From assembly GCA_964035545.1 (NCBI GenBank), contig OZ037767.1, positions 5,596,707 to 5,660,706 on the forward strand: DNA of 64,000 nucleotides. Direction: 5' to 3'. This DNA is from Bugula neritina (lineage: Eukaryota > Animalia > Bryozoa). The position numbers were made by a program, and so were the translations under genes. The notes beneath the pieces are model-generated. The model was not told the DNA's origin, did not search any database, and saw only the letters and a program-made list of their open reading frames with translations. Below are positions 1-13,365 of this stretch, piece after piece (position 1 is the stretch's first letter; each line of letters opens with the position of its first letter).

Positions 1-769
1 AGACAATGCTTAAAGCCCATCATATAAGATACATGCATGCCGTTCTATAAAAGCTTATTTTCAAACGTATGGCTCTCCAAAGAGTTAAAGTTAATAGTTC
101 ACGCTGTGGCTCTGTTTGTGCACGTGCCAAGGTTTACACTGCTATTACAGAACATGCATGAGTATCCACAAAGTTTGAATTGATTATTATAAGTTCTAAC
201 TCATTTATACATTGTAAGCAAGTGTCAAGTAGATACCTACATTTTAATCAATAGCACAATATTGTACAACTATAATTTGCTATTTAATATTGTACTTCAA
301 GCTATTATATATAATAATAGTAATAATACATGATGAAGTTTAAACAAGTTATTTCATATAATTATGAAAAATCAATATTTGCATTTGTGCCTGCAGTTAA
401 TCAGGCCTATAAGCATTAAAGCTGGGAAAAATTATTAGTTTATTCTCATTAATGATTGTTATGATAACTCTTCAATGTGATATGCATTTTGTCTCGCTCC
501 CTAAATAAGAGAATGTATGAAAATATAAGCAAAAACTGTAAAAAATATATCAAATAAATTATAGATGTAGGCATTTAAAGCAGAAAAAATTTAAGAAATT
601 ATTGCATGTGTCAGTAAGAAATTAAACATGATGGGTTACAAATATACAAAGGACAATATGTATACATGTATTATAAGCCATTATAACAGTGACATAATTA
701 GCTGAAACACTAATTCATGAAATACAATAAATATGTGCTGCACCTAACTTGTTATTTATGTATGCACGC

Positions 770-865
770 ATGCGTGCCGTGTGTGTGTGTGGCTGTGTGT
801 GTGTTCGCAGTGTGTGTGTGTGCACCGTGTGTGTGTGGCTGTGCATGTGTGTGTGCGCGTGTGTT
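770..865. repeat. Degenerate (GT)n microsatellite, probably in the IRF 3' UTR region
   Basis: gtgtgtgtgt runs interrupted by gc/gg units. Confidence 0.85.
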
Positions 866-1353
866 GTGACAGTTTAAAATAAGGAAGCTGTAGCTATAAC
901 AAAGTTTACAGAGAGAAGGCTTTTAATATAACCCATTTTATTTACTAAGTTTTATACATCAACCAGTACAGAACTGTCACTATTTATAGGTCCATTATAA
1001 ATTACAGTACTATTTATACATAAATATGAAGTATTTAAGGATAACCAATGCCTCAGCTAAGTTAAAACAGCCAATGCCCTCATAAATTGCATTTTTTGGA
1101 TCAGCAACTGCCATGGATATAAAAATAAAGTTACTGAAACTAATCCCATATCACAAGATAAAATATCAAAAGTTTACAGAAATATACAAAAAATTATAGT
1201 AGAAATATTTACAATCTACCTGCCCATTTTATATACATATATATTATCACATTATATTCAAAAAAGCATGCTTAAAACGATAAAGTGTAATATAGTGTCA
1301 GCATTAATATACCATATACAAACGAGCTTCTTTGAGAAAGAGAGACAAGATGG

Positions 1354-4300
1354 CTACGTGTTAGTCAACGAGCCACTAGCCAATTCCTCCAACAACCTCT
1401 CTGTGGGGGGCATGCTGTCTTCACCTGTAACCAGTATTATGTCATCAGAGCTAGTAGCAGCGGGCACCACCATGTCATGGTATACCACGTCAACATCGCT
1501 TGTAATATCAGCATTCTCACTAGAGGCATCAGCCAATGTCACACGGATCACGTTTTGCACTTCGCCATCTAAAATCCAATAGCAAAGCTTGAAAAACATT
1601 TTACATACCTAATATGAAACCTTTACCAAAAGAAACTGAATAAACTTTACAGCAGAAGACAACTAGGTGGACGGCATACATTTGAAGAACAATAAAAATT
1701 AAGCCTTTGTTCTCTGTAATACATATACACATTATATAGGGACGCGACCTTGAACAGACTCGGAGATGGAGGTGACGTATTGAGTGGAGTTATCTGGCAT
1801 AGACTGCTGTGCAGTGTTACATTCCGGCAGAGACTCGGGAAGTGTGGTGATTCCATCAGAAACGGGAATAACTGGCTCTATAGATAGAAACTCTGTAGAA
1901 TGAAAATACTACATTGCAGTATTTATACACAGCAGCAGACGTAATACTAGAGCAAGCATATTCAGATAGCTAATTCTAGTAGCAAGAATATTCTAATCTA
2001 ATAGTACAGCAATGAACAACCTCATATGAAGGGCAGTGTTATGGTAACTTTATGTTACAATTTGAGTAGCGATACTCAGTTAACATATAATTGCAAGAAA
2101 TATAAAAGTTATAAAAATGTGCATAAGCAGGCGGTGTTTTAAATACAGAGTAGATGCATGTTGCCATCTACTATTCCCATTAGAAAAATCAAGTCAATAT
2201 TTTTTGAACAAATATGACTAATTTTACACAAAACTGATTAAAACATGGTAACTACGTAGGTGGGCCGCATAGTGCCCGGTCTTCTGTAAACCCAACACAA
2301 CAGTATATAGTGGAATACAAACTTACTATCGGGTAAAAGCTGCTGATATCTTTTGATTTGCGTTTCGAGGATATCAACTCTGTTGGCCAGAACTTCCTGC
2401 AAGAGAAAAGACAGGTTAGATGGAGAATATGGCAGGTAAAAAGAGAGAATTCTAGAGAATGAATTGCACTCACTTTTGTAGTAAAATCTCTGAGGAGTTG
2501 TAGCCTCTTTTTCCTAGCGGAGTCTGTATCCGGCACTTTAGAGCCGTCCAGTAAGGAAAACAGTCCTAAAACAAGGCTATAATGTTGCAAAGAGCTCAGT
2601 CTAGCAGTAAAAGTCCTTAAAAAACAACTTTTTAACATTAGTTCACCTGACATCATCGCGTAACTATAGCAACAGGTTAAAGCTTACACAACTGATATGA
2701 CACTGAGAGAAGATTCGAATACAGCGCACTGCCATGAGAGTACGCGGCACCACCTGTTGCAGTGTGACAGCTTTAATTCAAGTGACAGCTGTTGCCACAA
2801 CAAAACGCCACCAATTGTAGTTAGACTAAACAGATATGCTTTCCGATTTCTGGGAAGTGGAGAAAACATCAATGGCAAAAAATTTTTAAAACTGCCAATA
2901 TTTTCAACAGAGAATTTTATACGCTTTTATTCACAATTAGGGTTTATACACTGACCTCTCATAGACAAAACCTGACTACGTATTCTAGAGCACTCGTCAC
3001 ATCTGTAGCAGTCCTTGGCCTGATCATCAGACAAGGTATTACACAGAGACTCTTCAGGTGGTCGTATCAACAGGTGGCAGCTGTTACTCCTGATGGTGGA
3101 GTGATACCTGACAGAAGAGGTAGAGCTCATTAAATGGTAAGCACATACTATACGTGAGATGAGATATTGAAGACTTCTAGAAAAATCCATAAAACAGTAT
3201 AAAATTCACAAAACAGCAGTTTTATTCACCACAACAAAATTATGAAAATTAGCTTTTTCAAGATCATATACATATAACATACAATATATGTGCCAGCCAC
3301 ATACCAATATAGGCTTACACATTCCACACAAAAAGAATTAGTTTTAAAAGATAAACCCAACTTATTTGTAACATTTACAATTTAAAAAGAAGACATCTAA
3401 TTACAGTGAAAACCTTTCTAGTTAGAGTAATTGTCATAATATAATACAAAGCCCGAACAACAAAACATTATAATGGTACAATATATAAAGTATTTTACTG
3501 TAACATATCTACTAATATACATAATATTCTTATACCACAAAGAGTCATTAATTACACCACGTGCATAAAATCGTTGACTAGGTGATATCCACATCCACTG
3601 TGATAGTTCAAACATAAACATAAAATAGTTCAACATTGAAAATGCAGAGTCAACCGCAGAAATCAGGAGCTGCTGCATTAGTCAAAATAAAAACTGCCTG
3701 ACTTTGTTGTGACTATCCATGATTTTGTTAACACAAATTAAATAGAAATGTTTTAGAAAACATGTGTAAAATAGGCTACAACGGAGAAGGAAGGCTACCA
3801 TACTAAATCAAGCAGCAAACAAGTATATAAACACAAAATATACCTCAGAATAGAATTTTTAGCACCCAAATCAGGCTCTTGGAAAGCTGATATGAATGCG
3901 CTGTAATCAGTATAACTTCTGTGAGCCATTTCCTCAGGGTTGCCAATGCAGGCAACGTATTTACCAATCCTACAACACCATGGAATTACCAACAGGATAA
4001 TGAGAAGATTCACCAAGTGACGCAGTAAGCTAACTCCTTCTTTGTCTTGTATTAAATTATAGAAAATACACTCAACATTAGCAAAATTCATCAAAATTAA
4101 AATCATCACAAAATAATTTAGCTTCATTAAAATATCAAATCTAGACAGAGATAAAACCATGTTGAATAAAGACGCAGCTACACACGCTATGAACTGCTTT
4201 CCAGTTGACTGGTTAAATTGCCATGTAAAACAAGAAGTAACTAATCAATTTCCAATACTATCAACGGTATAGTATAAGTTAATTGAATCCTTGACATGTC

Positions 4301-7300
4301 AAAATTATGCAGTATTAAATGAGTTACATGTACATATCTTGGTTATCAACTAAATCCAACTCAAGGAGAATATGCCCAAGCATAATTATTGTTTTTATAT
4401 TTAATGTTGTGCATACATGGTAGTAGTGTTTAGCCGATAGCCAAGATGTATGCAATCAATTCAATACTGAGTAAATGTAGCGTGTCAAGGATTCTTTAAG
4501 CTGTTGACAAGTTGAAAGCTTAGCAAGTAGCAACACAGGCCCCTACCTTTCTAACAGCTGCACAAACTGGAACTCTGACTTCAAAGTGCGACTATTTTTC
4601 CGTAAAATCTCATGAGTAGACGGCAGGTTTCTGTTGTGCACGACGACAGCAAACGTAAAGTCCAGCAGCACTGTGACGGACACCTGATGAACAAAATGAA
4701 AATATTTAAATTATAACCCATTAGTTTATCTCCAGAATATGAAATAAATTATATATCCTATAGTGTAAGGATCTAGGTACACAAAACATAACATTTATTA
4801 CAATTTCAATACTGCAAATCAGCCTACAGCTGTAAGTAGCAAACACAAACCAAGACCTTTATTAATACAGAGGAATTAGCAAAATAACTAACCAAATTCC
4901 AGCCAACAAAAACAAGCCTTGCCACACTATTACAACTTTTCGAAGACCTCCACAAACATGTTTAAAGGATTGCTCTATCTTGTCTAATAAATGGCCATTT
5001 AGGTCAAACACACATAATATTGTGTTTTTCTAAGCATGCATTGACAAAAAGCATTTGACCAAAGGTAGAAAAAGTTAGTTGAAGTTGAGGGTGTAGATTG
5101 GTAACAGTCAAAACGCCGATTTTGAAATGAGCTGGGAACTGTGACGTAACAGCGCCAGCATTCCTGCTGGTCACGTGACTATACAAATGAATAACTATAG
5201 AAATATGACTGTGAGATGTGATCTTTCAGCTCGTAATTTGTATATTTATAGAAGTGCAAATGTGAATTATCTCAATCTATAGTTTTTTGACATTTTAAAT
5301 ACCATGTATGTAATAACATTAGGCTATATTTTGCTTGTAAACATTAGAAAAAAGCATTGCAAAAACATGCATTCTTTAGGATGAATGCCTGCGATCGATC
5401 TAAACTAGGTCAGATTGTGCAATATTATGGGCGCACCAAAGCTGACCTATATAGCGCACTGTAACTGCTTGAGCGTTATTGGTTGATGTTGCGCTCAGCA
5501 ACCTTGAATACTAGCGTTATAGTTAGCACGTGCAGCATAGTTACTGGCGTTCACACGTCACGTATTAGGCTATTCTTTTTCATGGCTGAAAATTTTACCT
5601 CCCTCAAAATTGGAATTTTGAAAAGCTGTTTTCTAGGCATCTATCCCTTTGCGAAGTCACAATTGTTTGCATACACATTAGATTATAGTTCATAATTATA
5701 ATGTGATTGTAATAAACTAAGATAGAGCAATCCTTTAAAATAAGTGAGTAGATACAAAATAGAAATAAATGCGCAGCTCCAACCCACCTCCACATTAGGT
5801 TTGTCTGAGTCGTACATTCGCACAACCCTTATCAGCTCCGTGTCACGACACAACTGGAAATGGAGATTTCTAACTTGTCCTTCTTTTTCCAGAGCTTGCG
5901 AAATATTAGTCTGCAAAAACAAGATTTAATATCAACGACTCGAGACACTACAAGTGGTTTAAAAATAAACAAAAACTATCAGACACTTTATTACTAGGCT
6001 TGTCAACAACAAAATGAAAACATAGTAGATGAAATTTGTGAAAATAAAACACACATGTAGGTCTGTTCACACAGTGTGTGCGCGAGCACTTGAATAAGTA
6101 TGTACATGTAAATGTAGTACAATATCAAAAATAATGCTGGCCAAAGTCAATTTCCAATACTCTGCATCACGGAGCAGAAGAAGAGTGCAGGTAAGGAAAC
6201 CCTACCTTGAGATGAGCATAGTCAGCATCTGTGGGAGGTGACCTCAAAGAAGACATAGCCTTAGCTCTTGGATTGGGTGCTGCCTCTGTAAAATAGACGT
6301 AAGACACAAGCTAAAACAGCTGTGCGCTGTTTCAAGAACACCGCTCTTGAAAAAAAACCAAAATATACTGAATGCTGAAATAAAAAGAAGAAAAGGTCCA
6401 ACTCTATCAACAAAAAAGCCTGAGAAATGAATAATTTAAATTATATGAAACTCTAGCAGAGTTAATAAGTAAAGTCAGCGAGACTGAAAAATATTAATAC
6501 AAGTTGCTGACCTACCATTAAGTTTAGCAGGTTTGACAGTGTAAACTCTGGCGGGCTGGTTGCCAGCACTGGCCGCAATCTGCTGCTGTAGAAAAGTCTT
6601 AGGTATGAGATACGAGGGAGAAGGCGTGTTGGGAGGATTCGTGGAAGGAGAGAAGGGCTGTATGCACACACCCGAGGGAAATCCTGATATATGAGGTATA
6701 GGAACACCTAGCCAACAGAGTTAAGCATCTCATCATGCATGTCTGATTTCATGAAAAATAATACTAATACATATAGAAATTATATTTATAGAGAAACTGC
6801 AACTTTCACCACCTAATCAAGAGAAGAAAACAATCCATCAAACAATTTTCCTGCAATTAAGTAAGAACAACACAATACTGTTCCGACATTTTAGATTAAT
6901 GACCAAATAATTATGCTACACGAATGCAGCTCGATTTACACAACTGCATATTGTTCAGAAACCAAACTTGAAAGACCTTAGCAAATGCTTTGCCAACTTT
7001 ATAACCAAACAATCCACTACCTCGATAGCCAATCAGCTTAAAGTTTGAATGCCTATGAATCGAGTAGAATATACTTCACAAACCTTGCTGTATAATTTTT
7101 GTAGTAGTCGGGGTAGAAGGAGTGGAGTTAGCGGCGTTAGCCAATCGGACGCTGAGAAGCACATTTCCTGTAGACGTTGATATGGAGGCTGAACCTAGCT
7201 TCATGGCATTTAGCGGTTTTATCACGGGGATGGTGCTGAGATTGATACGAGACGGGAGTGGGGCACTGCCGGATGTAATAATGGATGTGGGTAAATCAGG

Positions 7301-10300
7301 GGTGGATACAGAAGAGGACTCCAACCCCAAGGACCCAACTGCAGTCTTTAGTAATGGAGACTTCTGGAAATAAAACAATCGATAAAAGGGTTGCACAGAT
7401 CGGTTAGATATTTACTGTGAAGCTGCACAAAATAAAGAAATTGGAATTAGACTCATGAGTTTACTATAAAAATCCTAACATTTCTCTCATACCTACAGAA
7501 TTGTTGAAGCACAGTAGACTTTTACAGACTACTACAATGCAAAAATGTTGCCCCAAAATATATTCCAATTTAAATATACACAAATGTAACTAAGTTTCAC
7601 AAGTGCATCTTGGTTTTTGAACTGATACATACTTTTATAGTCTGCATACATCATACAACTTAATACTATAGTCAATTTCATCTGAATAAAACCCTCACAA
7701 CAGCACACGTGTGAATTTAAGTGACATAACACAACTACTAGTCACCATGGCATTATAAAACTTTACAATTATGGTGAATAAAATCTTAAAAACAGCACAC
7801 GTGTATATTTTGAATTATTAGTCATCGTGATATTGAAGCCATAATACAAACATCACACATCAATGTACGTCACTTATCAATGTACGTCACATATCAATGT
7901 ATGTCACTTACAAGAGTGATTATTGGCTTAGCTTCCCTGTTGGCCCCTTGCGACGAGACTATTGGCCTGTAATAGGTCACAATGTCTCCGGGGATCTGGG
8001 AGGGCATACTGCCCGCGACTGGAGGCACTTTAAAATCGACCAGTTTGATCTTTTTCAGCACCTGCTCGTCATTTAAATCTTGTACTGACTCTAGCACCTG
8101 TTCCGACGCGTGCTGGACTGCATCACTATTCTCACTGTCTGCTTGCTCACCGGGCTTGTCAGCCATCATGGCGGCAGCAGTGCACAGCGCATCCATGCCA
8201 TTGAGCAGCGTCTTACCACCAGATGTGGTGGTGGTGGTGGTTGTGGTACTATCAGTACTACCAGTTGACGACTTGAACATTTGAGTAGAGTCCACTTTAG
8301 CAGGCAGCGTGAGCAAACTGAAACACAAACAGTGTATATAATATACACCGAGGGTTTTGGTATCACATAGCATATCAGATAGAAAATTTAGCTCATCAAA
8401 CTGGTAGGATGAGCTTGCATGGCTTTTCAAAAAAAAATGTAATTGAATCATTGGTAGACGGCAGTGTTTTATAAATAATTTATTCGGATTCTCTTACAGA
8501 TACCTGAGGAACAGTGGCAGTTTATTAGTGGCAACTATAGAGAGATCTTGACATATTAGTACACAGACAAGCTATTTCCTACTCATACATATATGTGACC
8601 AACAGACAGACATGCTGACACACAGACGGACATGCTGACACACAGACAGACAAGCTGACACACAGACAGACATGTTGACACACAGACAGACATGCTGACA
8701 CACAGACAGACATGCTGACACACAGACAGACATGCTGTCACACAGACAGACGGTGACTTACGACTGGTACTTGTGACTAGCGGGAGTTCTCTTCAGGTGA
8801 ATCTTAATATTACTTGAATTGTTAGCCAGCTGCTCAGTGATGGCTTTTGCCTCTTTTATGTTCCCCATTTCCTCCTGATTCTTAGCGTATGCCTTCAGTA
8901 GGCTCTCTCTTTTCTCTCTTCTGCGCTTGCGTGAAGATTCCTGCTCTGTAACAGAAGATTCAGTTGAGTTCAGCTCAATAGGAACAGTAACTGACACGCT
9001 TGCAGTAATCAAACATCTAAAGTATGTATTTATATGTTATTATATATTTGATATATATTATATCAAATATATAATAACATATATGATATTATATAATTAT
9101 AATATATATATTATAAGTATTATATTTATAATATATTATAATTTAAAAACTATAATCAAAGCAATTGACTAATTTCAGTGTTGTCACTCATCAAATGGAA
9201 TATCTCTCATTATATTTTACCTGAATTGAAAAATCATCATTCCTCATGAATGCAAAAAGACCATAACACATGAACGACATAAAATATTGTAACAGCAACT
9301 CCTACCTTAGGACATCAAATTAATCTAGACTTCTTCACTTTAAGTTATCAAATAATAACCAATCATATAATTTACCAAAGATTTTTCAGCCAATAGAATG
9401 AACTAGCATTGTAATAAAAATTATTCTGGTCTCCGTTTATACTGTACAACCTTTTCTGCAGAATTTTAAGAAATTATTCTCATTAGTGCAATATTACAAA
9501 CTTGACAATCTTTTGAAACACATCCTTATTCAACATACTTTCTCGAACTTTTTCAGGTATCTTTTCCGGAAGAATCTTAAACACTCTGTAAGCTTCTTTG
9601 CCCTTGCGCACACAAAGAGAGGGGACAATGATGACATCCGGCAAACTGTTTAATGCACAGCGGAAGTTAGCTTTCCACTTTCTGGGATTTTCGTTACTTG
9701 GGTCATATTTTCCTGCAAAGAGGTCAAAATTTAAAGGTTCCTGTAAACAAGTATAATAACTGGAACAACTTGCTCCAGATATTACGTATACCTGAACAGA
9801 TGTTGTTGATAGACTGCTATTCAACTGCAATAGTACTTGCTAATTTTGAAAAAAGTCAATTGAATACAGTAATTTCATGGGTAATGTAAAAAGGCCAAAC
9901 ATGTGATGGAAATCACTTGAGATAAGAAACTATTTATACACACCAGTGTGGATGCACCATTCCTTGAATAGAACGCCATCAGATAACGCCTCCCAACTGT
10001 CCGTGGCTTTATGCAGCCACTTGATTCTGAATAGACTTTGAGACTTGTCGTACCAACTAAGTATATTGGGGTGGTCACCACTGTCTAACTTCTGAACTAG
10101 CCAATCCTGAAATAAAACAAATTCATTAAACCTATGCTAATGGAAAAAATGCATAAACATATTTTATTTAAATGCAATACAAAATATCGATAAAAGGATC
10201 AGCCTTAATACAACACAAAAAATATTGCGGTAAATCAACCTTTAAAAGAAGTCTTTTTCCTTGCTGCGATAAATCAACAGAGTGCTCGGCGTCTTCCAAT

Positions 10301-10614
10301 TCTTCTTCCTTGATTTCCTGTTGAATCAACTGCTGGTCTGTACATTCCTCAGCGATGATTTCATCAGATACCTCCACTTCACACCCAGAGATATCAACCA
10401 TCTCAACGACTTCTGAGTGACCAAACTCATCAATTACGCCTGTTGAACAACCTGATGTTACAGTGACCAAATTCAATTAAAAATCACTTTTAAAAATCTT
10501 GCACTTTTAGGCTTATTAAAATATAAATTTGTAAGCAGCTTACTGATATATTAACATACCTGCACCCATGTTAAAAGCAGTATGCTCATTAACTATAAGC
10601 TCTTGATCTGCCAT
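1354..10614 (-). CDS. Interferon regulatory factor (IRF1/2-like DNA-binding domain), ~949 aa, 17 coding exons
   Basis: Phase-consistent GT-AG exons: 10560-10614, 10240-10451, 9944-10106, 9539-9712, 8762-8990, 7912-8317, 7084-7363, 6516-6707, 6206-6285, 5788-5910, 4547-4683, 3844-3969, 2956-3107, 2474-2565, 2327-2396, 1749-1892, 1354-1568 (2850 nt, open frame). Exons 2-4 give RLLLKDWLVQKLDSGDHPNILSWYDKSQSLFRIKWLHKATDSWEALSDGVLFKEWCIHTGKYDPSNENPRKWKANFRCALNSLPDV...GKEAYRVFKILP. This is the tryptophan-repeat IRF DBD with the IRF1/2-type WKANFRCA(L/M)NSLPD motif. Confidence 0.92.
4966..5734. mobile_element. Non-autonomous DNA transposon (MITE), 769 bp, TTAA target-site duplication (Kolobok-like), copy 1, in an IRF intron
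   Basis: TTAA|AGGATTGCTCTATCTT...AAGATAGAGCAATCCT|TTAA terminal inverted repeats. A near-identical copy of the same length lies at 45127-45895. Confidence 0.9.
7853..7912. repeat. Short tandem repeat, ~19 bp x3, abutting an IRF splice donor
   Basis: tcaatgtacgtcac(t/a)ta units. Confidence 0.75.
8600..8752. repeat. 20-bp minisatellite (cacagacagacatgctgaca) ~7 copies, intronic
   Basis: Tandem units directly visible. Confidence 0.9.
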
Positions 10615-11447
10615 GGTGATTCAGATCTTCAGAAGTTTACACTCAAAATGCATATAATGTTTCTGAAGTCCCTTAAAGAAAAAGTAGTTGTAAAAACTCT
10701 AATATTTCGTGATGTCTTTTTAGAAAAAAGATATACTACAATTTCAACGTAACATAAAACTATTATTTTAAACAGAGTTTGGATAAAGAATGATGCTACA
10801 AATCATATATGAACTGTCAGAAAAATACAAGTCATTCATGGCTTTGAAATTTCAATAAATCAGAATTTTAATAATTATTATAACCTTATAGCCATTATTA
10901 TAACCCTAATTGCCAAATTAGGTATATTTTTTTAGCAATAAACAAAAATTAATTCAAGAGACACATCAAATTATGAATTAAGGTCTATAACAATAGAGAA
11001 AAATCATTATAGTGAGTCATCTAAATCAAAAGGTTGTTTCGTTATTATTATGATTATGATTACCCTTGGCATTAGCTATTACTATTAGACTAGTTATACT
11101 TATACTAAATCCAATACTCAGTCTCATAATTATAATGGGTGTAATTCAAATTGTATGTATTTATTTTATTTCTCGTTTAATTTTATTATATTCTATTATT
11201 ATATTTAATTTTGTAGTAATACTAATAGTCATTTCTAGTTCCTATATTGATTTTAATTTATATTAAATAAATATAATCATTATCAATGAGATGAATATCA
11301 AATTCAATATGATTATGATAATGATGCTGTCACGTAAAATTGTTAAAATTACCATATGCAGTTATACTTATAATGATTGCAGGTTATACAAAGCATAAAT
11401 AGTAAACTCAAACTGGTGCTACTGCTAGTCAAAATTTGAACAAAAAC

Positions 11448-11553
11448 AGTTTCACTTTAATTTCGTGTAAGTTTCAGTTTCACTTCATGAGCGAAAAAGA
11501 AACCAGCCATGTTCTTTTAGGGTCGATAATGTCGTTTCAGTTTGTGTTTTCAC
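11448..11553. promoter_or_regulatory. Cluster of ISRE/IRF-E-like elements upstream of the IRF coding region
   Basis: AGTTTCACTTT (11448-11458), AGTTTCAGTTTCAC (11470-11483), GAAAAAGAAACC (11493-11504, opposite orientation) and a partial GTTTCAGTTT near 11534. The second and third match the GAAANNGAAA consensus fully. Confidence 0.6.
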
Positions 11554-11719
11554 AACCATCAGGGAAATGAGTCAACACTACAAATTACAAACCAACTACT
11601 TTTAAAAACTAATTTGGTATCTTTAAAAGACTATTTACTGGTGAAAGCAATTTGTTGTAAAAGCAACTGTGAATGAAGAAAATCGTTTACTGTTATTATA
11701 CAAGGCATGAACAGTTGGT

Positions 11720-11870
11720 TTCACAATGGCTGAAGGTGGTTACGTCATGAAGTGCCTACGCTCCGCAAAGATATAAAAAAACATTGAGCTTCGTGTTGGA
11801 TTCAACACTGAACCATCCCACTAATAGGGTGCCATATTTTGCTAATTCCGGCGCGTGAAGAAATTGTTTA
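11720..11870. promoter_or_regulatory. Probable bidirectional promoter shared by IRF (minus) and RBM25 (plus)
   Basis: CpG-containing patch between divergent genes with a CRE-like TTACGTCA (~11739) and YY1-like AATGGC. Both genes have an acceptor upstream of the ATG, implying non-coding first exons nearby. TSS positions are inferred, not seen. Confidence 0.45.
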
Positions 11871-13365
11871 ATCTTAGGATTATTTCAGTATTTTTACTGC
11901 AAACCTAAAACACATTTATTATTAAAATAATTGCAACTCTTTGTTATAGACGAGTATGATTATGAGCATCTAATTGACAACCGTCAATATTAGAAAATCA
12001 TTGTGTTATGTTTTTGTTATCAGACTGTGACATCACTGACATGACTAACATTTTTAATTTTACTTTTAGTTTTAGTGTTAGTATTTAATTTTACTGTTGT
12101 CTCAGTCTGTTAGTGTTGGTTTTAGTTTACTCTAAGTTCAAATATAACTTGAAGTTGAACTAAGTGAGAATTACTTGAAATTGATGTTAATAATAATTGT
12201 AATGATATCACTAATATTTATTAATATTATTATCATAATTATTGCAGTATAAATATTGTAAAAGATAATACTAATAGTTATAATTTAAGTTGTTTAGAAT
12301 TAATGACTAAAAGTAAAATATAGAACTTCAACTAAAAATGCAAGTCATGAGCGGAACAGACTTTTCAAGTTGCAAATCGTAACTATTACTATCTATAGAC
12401 TATAACTAACTTTAACTATAGTCTATATACCTAGGAGTAGGACTAGGTGTAGACCCGGAGCTAGGAATAATTGTTATTTGTTTATGTTATACTTGCAGTT
12501 AATCATAATGGTATTGTTACAGTAATACGTAATACTAAATCTAATAGCTATGATTTGCTGTTTGTGTTATACTTATATCAATTTAACACCTGTATTACTT
12601 ATAGTTATTGTTTTTGTCAAGTCTATTTTAAATTCGAAAGCAGATTAACAGTTGTAGAGTTGCCCATATTTTGATGTTAAGTAATTATAATTATCACATT
12701 TTTATTCAATTTTATTGCAAAGCCAAATGCCATTTAATTGTCAATTAAGTAAGTTATTTTCAGTGCATCTTTGTAGGGGATGACCATGAATTAGCTAGTT
12801 AAACATAATTAACAGTAATATTAATTAGTAGCAAACTATGTCTAAGAAAAACCGGTCAATTGCATTTCTCCTGGCGAAACTAGCTTAGTCAAATCTGCTC
12901 TTGTGAAATATTAAGCTCTTTTGTCAGCCACAGCTCATTTTTGTATCACAATGATTATTTGATGACAAATGATAAAAGCATGTCTATTGATTAGTTATAG
13001 CCACCTAATTAGCTACAATAATAATGGTAGCAATATTTTTAACAAAATAAAAGCTTGCACTTTAGTTGGCTAATAAAGTTTATATGACAAGTTCATAGTG
13101 ATAATGTTTTGACTTTAAAAGCTAGGCATTAGTTCTAATGGATGATGGTCCTATAGATTTAAAAATTAATTAAGCTAGTAAGAAAATGGGTTTTAAGTCT
13201 ATGGATATCGTTCCTAGTAGCTGATAACATATGCTCACGAGAAGTATACTACATCAATTTGCATTGCTTGGCACAAGTTAGAATAACTGTCAATATGTAA
13301 TTTTGTATTTTAGGTTGAAGAACTGAAAGTGCTAGCTTTATATTTATTCGTCTACCTGCTCTACA

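Noticed and set aside
5004-5825. Short ORFs duplicated at 45165-45856
   Set aside because: They lie inside the non-autonomous MITE, have no transposase motifs, and are similar only because the element is duplicated.
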